Shown piece by piece: positions 10,238 to 18,052 of a DNA stretch of 64,000 nt. Numbering within the stretch: the first letter of the stretch is position 1; every line of letters begins with the position of its first letter. Source of the stretch: Nitrososphaerota archaeon (GTDB lineage: Archaea > Thermoproteota > Nitrososphaeria_A > Caldarchaeales > Calditenuaceae); NCBI GenBank assembly GCA_033581555.1, contig JAVQSZ010000007.1:10106-74105 (forward strand), given 5' to 3'. A program made the position numbers and the translations under genes. The notes under the pieces are model-generated. The model had not been told where the DNA came from and ran no database searches. It was given only the letters and a program-made list of their open reading frames with translations.

Positions 10238-10741
10238 CTACCTCAGCACCTCCGAGACGAACTCCTCGACCAGCTCCCTTACCCTCACGTAGAGCCTCCT
10301 CTCCTCCGGCGTGAGGCTCCCCAGCCAGGTGGGCTCGGCGGCCTTCGAGGCCGCGACGCAGACCTTGACGACTCTCGCGGTGATCACGTCCCTCAGGGCC
10401 TCCTCGAACCTCCTCGCCTCCTCCCCCGAGGACTCCCTCGCCCTCCTCAGCGCGTGCCTCGCCCTCCCGTAGAAGTCCTCCCTGAGCGTGACCGGCTCGA
10501 CCTGGCTCCTCGTCTCCCTGAGCGAGATCTGGCGGAGCTGCTGGACGTTCAGCTCGTCTACCACCTCTGCGACCCTCGCCCTGGCCATCGCCTCTGCGGC
10601 CCAGACCGGGACCTCGATCACCGCCCCCGACCTAAGGCCCTCGTACGTCCTGCCAGCGACCTCCAGCCTGGGCAGGTCCGATGTCAGCCTCACCCTCGCC
10701 CTCGCGAGCTCCTCCATCCGGCCCTCGGGTGGCCAGCCCAC
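10238..10741 (-). CDS. Probable GINS subunit (Gins23-like), co-transcribed with mcm
   Basis: 167-aa all-helical protein whose stop abuts the mcm start codon. The gins23-mcm arrangement is conserved in Crenarchaeota. It was not otherwise recognisable by motif. Confidence 0.5.
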   Translation of the reverse strand: MGWPPEGRMEELARARVRLTSDLPRLEVAGRTYEGLRSGAVIEVPVWAAEAMARARVAEVVDELNVQQLRQISLRETRSQVEPVTLREDFYGRARHALRRARESSGEEARRFEEALRDVITARVVKVCVAASKAAEPTWLGSLTPEERRLYVRVRELVEEFVSEVLR

Positions 10742-10851
10742 GTAAAACGTTGTCCCCGTGGACTCCTGGCCGTAAGTGCGGGGAATACGTCGCGTCTGAC
10801 GGGGTCACGTTCCGGAGGACCCTAAAATCCGGCCTCCTGGGAGATCCGTTG

Positions 10852-10939
10852 GCCGGGGTGCCCGAGCGGACCAAGGGGCAGGCCTTGAGAGCCTGTGGCC
10901 TCGCACGAGGCCGCGCGGGTTCGAATCCCGCCCCCGGCG
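10852..10939 (+). tRNA. tRNA-Ser (anticodon TGA)
   Basis: Acceptor gccgggg/ccccggc. Anticodon arm caggc-ctTGAga-gcctg. Long variable arm ggcctcg...cgaggcc. T-arm gcggg-ttcgaat-cccgc. 88 nt, no intron. Confidence 0.8.
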
Positions 10940-11030
10940 TTCTGTATCGACGGACGTACCGCGATGCTCGACCGTCCGTACAGGACGGACGAGGACGGCC
11001 TCCACCAGCCGAACCACTGGCGCAAGATTA

Positions 11031-11040
11031 CCTTATTTAG
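11031..11040 (+). promoter_or_regulatory. TATA-like box (ccTTATTTAg) about 27-30 nt upstream of the ubiquitin-like gene ATG. This is the candidate promoter of the Ub-E2-E1 operon.
   Basis: AT-rich hexamer in an otherwise GC-rich spacer between tRNA-Ser and the ATG at 11065. The spacing fits an archaeal leaderless or short-leader promoter. Confidence 0.35.
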
Positions 11041-11064
11041 CCGAGGAGAGGCGCTAGGGTAGCG

Positions 11065-11301
11065 ATGAGGGTGAGGATAGTCCCCGCAGTGGGAGGAGGG
11101 CCGCCCCTCGAGATCGACGTCCCGTCGAACACGACCGTGGGCGCGATCAAGCTGAGGGTCTGCGCGATGAAGAAGCTAAGGCCCGACGACGCGAAGCTCA
11201 CCTATAAGGGCAGGGCGCTGGGGGACACTGAGACGCTGGAGTCGGCGGGTGTCGCGGAGGGGGACAAATTGGTCCTGGTCACCAGGACGGTCGGCGGGTG
11301 A
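11065..11301 (+). CDS. Ubiquitin-like beta-grasp protein ending in Gly-Gly immediately before the stop codon
   Basis: 78 aa. It aligns along its length with eukaryotic ubiquitin (LEIDVPSNTTVGAIKLRV...KLTYKGRALGDTETLESAGVAEGDKLVLVTRTVGG vs LEVEPSDTIENVKAKIQ...[35 protein letters not shown]). The stop follows GG with no extension. Confidence 0.85.
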   Translation: MRVRIVPAVGGGPPLEIDVPSNTTVGAIKLRVCAMKKLRPDDAKLTYKGRALGDTETLESAGVAEGDKLVLVTRTVGG

Positions 11302-11797
11302 GAGGTTGTACAGCGAAGAGGTTGGCCTCCTCCCCGAGCACCTCTGGTACAGGAGGTTGGCCCAGGAGTACCAGCTGGTGAGGAACTACGAGCCGACCTT
11401 CGACACGGTTAGGGGGGACCTGACCCACTATAGGGGCGTGATAGTCGGGACCGGGCTCTACGAGGGCGGGATGTTCCTCGTCGAGGTCTTCCTGGACAGG
11501 ACCTTCCCCTACACTCCCCCTAAGGTCCTATGGCTCACGAGGATCTGGCACCCGAACTTCACCGACGAGGTCCCCGCGAGGATCTGCGAGTCGATCCTCA
11601 CGAAGGACTGGTACCCGAACATCCACCTGGTCGCGGTAATCGAGGCCCTGAAGAACCTCCTCTCGAACCCGAACCCGGACGACCCGCTAAACGCTTGGGC
11701 CGCGTACGAGATGAAGAACTCCTTCCACACGTTCGTCGCTAGGGTTAGGCAGTACATCGAGCTCTATGCTGCCCCGGAGAAGGTCCTAAGGGGCTGA
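11249..11797 (+). CDS. Ubiquitin-conjugating enzyme E2 (UBC fold)
   Basis: Contains the canonical UBC active-site block RIWHPNFTDEVPARICESILTKDWYPN (HPN ... catalytic Cys). The ORF-track start at 11249 overlaps the Ub gene by 53 nt. A TTG at about 11306, 4 nt after the Ub stop, is an alternative start that removes the overlap. Confidence 0.85.
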   Translation: MSRRGTNWSWSPGRSAGERLYSEEVGLLPEHLWYRRLAQEYQLVRNYEPTFDTVRGDLTHYRGVIVGTGLYEGGMFLVEVFLDRTFPYTPPKVLWLTRIWHPNFTDEVPARICESILTKDWYPNIHLVAVIEALKNLLSNPNPDDPLNAWAAYEMKNSFHTFVARVRQYIELYAAPEKVLRG

Positions 11798-11800
11798 TTC

Positions 11801-13021
11801 ATGGGGACGCCGGACCTGGAGCGCTACGACAGGCAGATGCGTATCGAGGGCTGGGACCAGGAGCTCGTGATGCGCTCGACGGTCCTGATCGCGGGCGTCG
11901 GCGCCCTAGGGTGCGAGGTCGCGAAGAACCTGGCCCTGGCCGGCGTCGGGAGGTTGATACTCGTTGACAGGGACGTAGTGGAGCTGAGCAACCTGAACAG
12001 GCAGATGCTCTTCCTCGAGGAGGACGTAGGGAAGCCTAAGGCGATCGTTGCAGCCGAGAGGCTGAAGGCGCTGAACCCGCACGTGAAGGTCGAGGCCTAC
12101 CACTCGGACCTGAGGGACTTGAGGGAGGATGTCTTCGCGGAGGCCGACGTCATCTGCTCTTGCCTCGACAGCTGGGGCATCAGGAGGTGGCTGAACTCGG
12201 TCGCGGTCATGCTCTCGAAGCCCCTGGTCGACGGCGCGATGGAGGGGATGGTCGGGAACGTCCAGGTCGTGGTCCCGTTCAGGACCGCCTGCCTCGAGTG
12301 CCACAGCATGACCCTGATACCCCGGGAGGAGAGGCTCGCGGAGTGCACGCTGAGGAAGAGGACGCCGGAGGAGCTGATGAAGGAGCTGGAGGAGCAGGGG
12401 ATACAGCTTCCCCTAGAGACCGTGGGGAGGCTCTTCGCCCACAACGTCAAGACCGTCTACGACATCAAGTACTCCAACCCTGCCGACTTCACCGACCCAG
12501 TCGTCGGCTCTGTGATCGTCTCGCTGAGGGAGAGGCTCAGACCGAAGCTCCCGGCCCTCCAGAGCGTCTCGGCGGTCGTCGCGGGTATAGCCTCCACCGA
12601 GGTACTCAAACTGATCCACAGGGGGAAGATCGGGAGGCCAAGGAGGGGCCTCTTGGTCTACGACGCTAGGTCCTGCAGGTTCACGGTCGTCCAGCTCCGC
12701 AAGGTCGAGGGCTGCGTCGTCTGTGGGGACAGCGAGACGCCACCCGTGATGGAGGTCGAGCCTGACGGCTCCGTCTCGAGACTCCGCGAGGCGATAGCGG
12801 AGAGGTTCGGCTTCCCCGACGTCGAGGTCCTCTCCGGGGCAAGGGTCCTCCAGAACGAGGATCGGCTCTCGGACGTCCTCGGAGTGAGGGGCTCGGCGCT
12901 CGTCTACGTCGTGACCTCCAGGCGCTACTCGCCGCTACCGCTCAAGCTGGTCGCTATCGATCGGTCCGGGTCGAAAGACCCATATCCCCCGGGCGGGAAA
13001 CGGGCCCGAGTGGAGGGCTGA
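11801..13021 (+). CDS. Ubiquitin-activating E1-like enzyme (ThiF/MoeB/UBA family) with CxxC...CxxC zinc motif and C-terminal extension
   Basis: N-terminal RYDRQMRIEGW. Nucleotide-binding motif GVGALGCEVAKNLALAGVGRLILVDRDVVELSNLNRQ. Cys pairs CLEC and CVVC. It starts 4 nt after the E2 stop. Confidence 0.88.
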   Translation: MGTPDLERYDRQMRIEGWDQELVMRSTVLIAGVGALGCEVAKNLALAGVGRLILVDRDVVELSNLNRQMLFLEEDVGKPKAIVAAERLKALNPHVKVEAYHSDLRDLREDVFAEADVICSCLDSWGIRRWLNSVAVMLSKPLVDGAMEGMVGNVQVVVPFRTACLECHSMTLIPREERLAECTLRKRTPEELMKELEEQGIQLPLETVGRLFAHNVKTVYDIKYSNPADFTDPVVGSVIVSLRERLRPKLPALQSVSAVVAGIASTEVLKLIHRGKIGRPRRGLLVYDARSCRFTVVQLRKVEGCVVCGDSETPPVMEVEPDGSVSRLREAIAERFGFPDVEVLSGARVLQNEDRLSDVLGVRGSALVYVVTSRRYSPLPLKLVAIDRSGSKDPYPPGGKRARVEG

Positions 13022-13581
13022 TGGGTTACTCCGAGGAGGGCGAGAGGGCCCAGGAGCTCGCGGAGCTGAAGGCCTGGCTCGAGAGGAGGATCTCGGAGCT
13101 CCAGTCGGAACTCGAGAGGTTGAGGGCGATGGTGAGGTTCGTCGACGAGGCCCTCGCGAGGACCAGCTTCAAGAGGGCTGACACGCTGATGGCCAAGAAA
13201 GCCCCGGAGCAGCGGCCGGAGCCGGAGGCCGAGGAGAGGCCGACCCTGAGGACGGTCAGGAGCAGGTCAGGGAAGACGCTGGCTACGGTGACGTACACCG
13301 CGAACGAGGCGAGGTTCGTCCTGAGCCCCGACGTCCAGCTCACGAGGGACCACAGGCCCTTCTCCTCCTTCCTGGTGAGGAAGGTGCTGGACGGGTTCGT
13401 CGCGCAGGACCAAGAGATGGTCAGCAAGGGCTACCTCGACCAGGACCAGGCCTTCTCCTACGAGGTGACCTACGAGGGCGACCTGGTCAAGGAGATCGAG
13501 GTCAGGAACTACAGGAACGAGGCGAGGCTCAGGGAGATCATCAGCGCGCTCAGGTGGACCCTCGAGACGACTCCCGCCTGA
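13021..13581 (+). CDS. Hypothetical protein, fourth gene of the Ub-E2-E1 operon (N-terminal coiled coil, no Cys)
   Basis: 186 aa. Its ATG overlaps the E1 stop (TGATG), implying translational coupling. No recognisable family. It is not a RING/zinc protein (0 Cys). Confidence 0.5.
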   Translation: MGYSEEGERAQELAELKAWLERRISELQSELERLRAMVRFVDEALARTSFKRADTLMAKKAPEQRPEPEAEERPTLRTVRSRSGKTLATVTYTANEARFVLSPDVQLTRDHRPFSSFLVRKVLDGFVAQDQEMVSKGYLDQDQAFSYEVTYEGDLVKEIEVRNYRNEARLREIISALRWTLETTPA

Positions 13582-13582
13582 G

Positions 13583-14428
13583 CTACCCGGTCGCCGGCTC
13601 CGTCCACCTGTCGCCGATCGACTCCCTCAGCGTCCTCCTCAACTTCGAGGCCACGCTCCTCGAGACCTCAACGATCTCCTCGAAGACCTCGATAGGGAGG
13701 AGGCCCGGCGTGTTCTTCTGGATCGCCGCGAGCTCGTCGTCGGTCCCCCAGCCCATCACGACCGACGTCTCCAGCGCCGCCTCCTCGATCGCGTTCGGGT
13801 CCACGATCACCCTCTCCCTCAGGACGCCCATCGTCACCGCGGTCGGGAGCTTCACCACAGGGAGCGGGACCCTCTCGCCCTCCGCCTTCGTCAGGACTCC
13901 GTTCTTGACCTCGTACCTCGGGACGCTGGCGGTCGCGACGGCCGCCGTCGCCGCGAGGACCGCGGGGGTGAAGTAGTTGCCGTCGTAGTCGAGGACGTAG
14001 ACGTCGACGTAGACGACGCCCACCTTCTGGCCCGGGACGAAGGCCAGCTGGTCCAGCCTGAGGGCCTGGGACTCCCTGAGGCACCTGTCGACGAACCTCG
14101 AGAGCTCGATCGCCCTCTCGTCCGGAGGGCCGGGCTCGAAGGAGGCCGAGGCGAGCGGGAGGAGCTCCGCGTTCACGGTCAGGTTTCCCTTGTCGGGCGT
14201 GTCGGGGTACGGAGAACTCAGGTCGAACTTCACACCCGCGATCACCTTGGTCCCTCCCATCGAGACCATCGCTGAGCCCTCGGCCTTCTGGACGACGTCG
14301 ACCTCGACCTTCACGGGCCTCTGCTGGTGCGGGGCCCTTCCGTCGATCCTGCGGCCGGCCGAGATCAGCTCGTAGAGCTTCTGCTGGACGATCTGGGTGG
14401 GATAGGGCTTCTCCCCGAGCCTGTACAA
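13583..14428 (-). CDS. rrp42: Exosome complex component Rrp42 (RNase PH-like, non-catalytic)
   Basis: 281 aa RNase PH fold. It is the last gene of the rrp4-rrp41-rrp42 array. Its start is 2 nt after the rrp41 stop. Confidence 0.85.
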   Translation of the reverse strand: MYRLGEKPYPTQIVQQKLYELISAGRRIDGRAPHQQRPVKVEVDVVQKAEGSAMVSMGGTKVIAGVKFDLSSPYPDTPDKGNLTVNAELLPLASASFEPGPPDERAIELSRFVDRCLRESQALRLDQLAFVPGQKVGVVYVDVYVLDYDGNYFTPAVLAATAAVATASVPRYEVKNGVLTKAEGERVPLPVVKLPTAVTMGVLRERVIVDPNAIEEAALETSVVMGWGTDDELAAIQKNTPGLLPIEVFEEIVEVSRSVASKLRRTLRESIGDRWTEPATG

Positions 14429-14429
14429 C

Positions 14430-15161
14430 TCACTCCGGGACCTCCCCGTAGGACGCGAACCTCTTCCTGAGGGCCTTCCTCTGGAGGTCGTAAAGGACGT
14501 CGGTCCCCTTCCTCGCCAGCTGCAGCGCCTCCCTCAGCTCCTCCCTCGTGAGCCTGCCGTTGAGCTGTAGGAGCACGATCGAGTTCAGGGCAGGGGCCAT
14601 CGCGACCGGCAGGTCGGCCTCGCAGTGCTTGTCCTCGTCCTCGCTCAGGTCTAGCACCAACCTCCCCGCGACCTTCCCGACCGCGACGCCCGCGACCAGG
14701 TCGGCCATCGGCATCCCCGCGTCCGCGAGAGCGAGTGAAGCGGCTGTGAGCCCGGCCGTCCTCGTCCCAGCGTCGGCCTGGATCACCTCCACGAAGACGT
14801 CGATCACCGACCTCGGGTACTCCTCGAGGAAGACGACGCTCTCCAGTGCCTCCTTGATCACCTTCGAGAGCTCGTGCTCCCTCCTCGTCATCCCCGGCGA
14901 CTTCCTCTCGGTGACGCTGAATGAGGTCATGTGGTACCTGCACTGGATGATCGCCCTGTGGGGCTGGGCCAGGTGCCTCGGGTGGGCCTCCCTCGGCCCG
15001 AAGACCGCGGCGTAAATCTTCGTCTTGCCCATCTGGATGTACGCGGAGCCCTCGGCGTTCTCGAGGACACCAGCCTCCATGTAGACGGGCCTCATCTCGT
15101 CGGGCCTCCGTCCGTCGATCCTGGTCCCGTCCTCCCTGATCAGGGCAAGCTCGCTGGTCAC
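14430..15161 (-). CDS. rrp41: Exosome complex exonuclease Rrp41 (RNase PH-like, catalytic)
   Basis: RNase PH domain ([12 protein letters not shown]...[21 protein letters not shown]...DAGTRTA). The ORF-track start at 15338 overlaps rrp4 by 180 nt. A GTG overlapping the rrp4 stop (GTGA) at about 15161 gives a typical 243-aa protein. Confidence 0.85.
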   Translation of the reverse strand: MTSELALIREDGTRIDGRRPDEMRPVYMEAGVLENAEGSAYIQMGKTKIYAAVFGPREAHPRHLAQPHRAIIQCRYHMTSFSVTERKSPGMTRREHELSKVIKEALESVVFLEEYPRSVIDVFVEVIQADAGTRTAGLTAASLALADAGMPMADLVAGVAVGKVAGRLVLDLSEDEDKHCEADLPVAMAPALNSIVLLQLNGRLTREELREALQLARKGTDVLYDLQRKALRKRFASYGEVPE

Positions 15162-15832
15162 TGGGCGCTCACCTCCTCCCAGAGGTGCCTCCTGATAAGT
15201 CCCGTCACCTTCTCCTTCAATCCCTCCAGCGCCGGCTCCCTCTCTACTAAGTTTATCGCCGCGACGGCCGCGTACTCCTTCACCGAGGACTGGCCGACGA
15301 CCGCGATCAGGCCGTTGAGGCCGACGAAGAGCTTGCACCCGGTCTCCTTCTCGATCGTCTCCTGGAGCTCCCTGTTCCTGACGATGAGCCTCGGGACCCT
15401 CGCGGGCGACATCCTCACAAGTATCCCCCTCTGAACCCTCGTCGCGTCCTTCCCGGACCTGAGCATCACGCCCTTGACGCCGGCGAAACCTATCGAGGCG
15501 TAGACGACGTCGCCGATTGCGAGGGCCTGCCTTGACCCTCCCTTCTTCTGCTTCGCCCTCAGTATCCCTAAGATGCCCCAGCCCAAGTCGAGCTCGTAGT
15601 GGCTCGGCTTGACGTCCACCACGATACCGACGACCTTGTCGCCTTCTCGGGGCTTATAGGGACCCCTCGCGGGGATCACTTCGATCCTCTGGCCGACGAC
15701 CCTCGCGATCCCCGGGACCGCCGAGTAGACCTTCCCTCCCTGGACGTACGTGTGCTTCCCGGCCCTTCCGGCCTCGTCCGAGAGTGGTTGACCGGGCACC
15801 ACGAACTCTTTGTCATTCACGAAATCGACCAT
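15158..15832 (-). CDS. rrp4: Exosome complex RNA-binding subunit Rrp4 (S1 + KH domains)
   Basis: 224 aa, with an N-terminal S1-like domain and a KH region. It is the first gene of the exosome array. Confidence 0.85.
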   Translation of the reverse strand: MVDFVNDKEFVVPGQPLSDEAGRAGKHTYVQGGKVYSAVPGIARVVGQRIEVIPARGPYKPREGDKVVGIVVDVKPSHYELDLGWGILGILRAKQKKGGSRQALAIGDVVYASIGFAGVKGVMLRSGKDATRVQRGILVRMSPARVPRLIVRNRELQETIEKETGCKLFVGLNGLIAVVGQSSVKEYAAVAAINLVEREPALEGLKEKVTGLIRRHLWEEVSAQ

Positions 15833-15983
15833 CGCTGCACCTGCCGATCCCCCTCCCCGCCGGGATATTAATCCGTTTGAGACGTGTAACGGTGAAATTT
15901 CGGACCGTTCGGGCTATTGTCGAGGATGAGGAGAGCGGGTATTTCCGACCGGGAGGGATGAGGTGAGATGCCCGATCTGACGC

Positions 15984-16706
15984 TCAGATCAGCTCGACCC
16001 GGTCTCCGACCGACACCGTTCCCTCCCGGAGGACCGAGCACATCACGCCCAAGCAGCCCCCGTTGAACTCGGCGACGGCCTCGAGGACGCCGGGCTCCCT
16101 AGGGACGAAGCGCTGCGGCAGCGTCGTCACCTCGCACCGGGGGTTCCTCGACTCGACCTTCAGGACGACCCCGCTGCCGAGGGCCAGTCTCCTCCCTACC
16201 CAGAGGTCTTCGGGGAACTCGGCAGCGTCGTCGACCACGACGAGGACGTTCGGCCTGAACCTCGCGACCCTGATGTCTAGGTCCTTCCTTCTCGACCTGA
16301 GCGACTCGACGCTCCTGTCCGTGAGCAGGTGGACCGCCCTCCCCGCGGAGGCCCTCGACCTCATCAGCCACGGCGCCCTCACTACCTCCACCTCCCTCCC
16401 CAGGAACTCCGAGAGGGTCGCGTTCGCGTCGTCACCGGAGGCGGTCGTCCCGTCGGGCAGCTCCACCTCGAGTTCCCCTCCGCGGAGCCTCGCGGCGACG
16501 AAGAGGAGCCTCGGCTCACTGGCGGTCCTGCCCCAGCCGTAGGTCCTTCCCACCGGCTCGAGGACCAACCCTGTATCCCTCTCGACCAGCGCGAAGGCCC
16601 TGTCGCCCTCGACGCCCGTCTCGGTGAGCCTCACCCCCGGGAGCTCCTCGCCGCCGCACCCCAGCAGCGGGTACCGCGCCACCGACCCGACCCGTCCGAC
16701 GGCCAC
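15984..16706 (-). CDS. MOSC domain protein (N-terminal beta-barrel + MOSC)
   Basis: N-terminal VARYPLLGCGGEEL...EGDRAFALVERDTGLV resembles the MOSC N-terminal beta-barrel. C-terminal conserved NPRCEVTT cysteine motif. Confidence 0.65.
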   Translation of the reverse strand: MAVGRVGSVARYPLLGCGGEELPGVRLTETGVEGDRAFALVERDTGLVLEPVGRTYGWGRTASEPRLLFVAARLRGGELEVELPDGTTASGDDANATLSEFLGREVEVVRAPWLMRSRASAGRAVHLLTDRSVESLRSRRKDLDIRVARFRPNVLVVVDDAAEFPEDLWVGRRLALGSGVVLKVESRNPRCEVTTLPQRFVPREPGVLEAVAEFNGGCLGVMCSVLREGTVSVGDRVELI

Positions 16707-16807
16707 GTCGCGAGGACGCCATCGCCCGAATAAGCCTTCCCCGGCAACCTATGGTGCGCGGCGCATAAGTCGATCGTTTCACGTTTATTTCCCGGATAGA
16801 GAGAGGG

Positions 16808-18052
16808 GTGGTGAGGGGCTGTGTTATGGCATCGAATCTCGAAGTCCTGACTATCGACGACTTCGATCTCGCCGGGAGGACGGTCTTCGTGAGGGCCGAC
16901 ATGAACAGCGCCGTCGACCCGAAGACCGGGAGGCTGCTCGACCACTCGAGGATCTCGGAGGCCGCCGTCACGGTCAGGGAGCTCTCGAGGTCCAAGGTCG
17001 TGGTCGGGTCCCACCAGGGCAGGGTCGGGGGGTACGACTACGTCTCGCTCCACGAGCACGCGAAGGCGCTGGAGGAGTACGTCGGGAGGAGGGTGAAGTT
17101 CGTCGAGGACGTCATAGGAAGGGCCGCGATGGAAGAGATCAGGTCTCTCAGGGACGGTGACGTGCTGCTCCTCGACAACCTGCGGCTGGCCGCGGAGGAG
17201 AACTTCGAGTTCACGATCGAGGCCGCGGGCAACACCCACTTCGTCAGGAGGCTCTCATCGGTGATCGACTACTGCGTCCTCGACTCCTTCCCCACCGCCC
17301 ATAGGGCCCATCCGTCGATCGTGGGCTTCGCGAAGGTGAGGCCGACTCTCGCGGGCAGGCTGGTCGTCAAGGAGTTGAAGGCCCTCAGGAACGTCCAGCA
17401 GGTGATGAAGGCTCCCTTCGTCACGGTCCTTGGGGGCGCGAAGGTCAGCGACAGGCTCGAGGCGATCGAGGCCCTGATCGAGGGAGGTAAGGCCGACAGG
17501 ATACTGCTGACGGGGCTGATCGCGCTGGTCTTCCTCAGGGCCGTGGGGAAGATCAAGAGGCCGCTCAACGTCAAGGACGAAGCCAAGCTGGTCGAGAAGG
17601 CCGGGAGCATCTACTCCAAGTACGACGAGCGGTTCGAGCTGCCTGAGGACCTCGCGGTCTTGGTCGACGACCGGAGGGCCGAAGTTCCGCCCGAACAGGT
17701 CGAGGACCCGGGCCAGGTCAGGGACATAGGGACGAACACGATCAGGAAGTACGTGAAGGTGATCAAGAGCGCGGGCACGGTCTTCGTCAGCGGTCCCCCG
17801 GGCGTCTTCGAGGACGACAGGTTCTCCCTCGGGACCTACGAGATCCTGCAAGCGGTCGCGAACTCGCTGGGCGTCACGATCGTCAGCGGCGGCCACCTCA
17901 GCGCCGCCCTCCAGAAGCTCAACGTCAAGGACTGGGTCGACTACGTCAGCACCGCAGGTGGAGCCCTGGTCATGTACCTAGCCGGGAAGAGGCTCCCGAT
18001 GTTCGAGGCCCTGAAGGCCTCCTACGAGCACTGGAGGGAGAGGAAGGCTTGA
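16808..18052 (+). CDS. pgk: Phosphoglycerate kinase
   Basis: VFVRADMNSAVDPKTGR N-terminal PGK signature over a 400-aa two-domain fold. The likely true start is the ATG at 16826 (MASNLEV...). Its stop overlaps the gap start. Confidence 0.92.
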   Translation: MVRGCVMASNLEVLTIDDFDLAGRTVFVRADMNSAVDPKTGRLLDHSRISEAAVTVRELSRSKVVVGSHQGRVGGYDYVSLHEHAKALEEYVGRRVKFVEDVIGRAAMEEIRSLRDGDVLLLDNLRLAAEENFEFTIEAAGNTHFVRRLSSVIDYCVLDSFPTAHRAHPSIVGFAKVRPTLAGRLVVKELKALRNVQQVMKAPFVTVLGGAKVSDRLEAIEALIEGGKADRILLTGLIALVFLRAVGKIKRPLNVKDEAKLVEKAGSIYSKYDERFELPEDLAVLVDDRRAEVPPEQVEDPGQVRDIGTNTIRKYVKVIKSAGTVFVSGPPGVFEDDRFSLGTYEILQAVANSLGVTIVSGGHLSAALQKLNVKDWVDYVSTAGGALVMYLAGKRLPMFEALKASYEHWRERKA

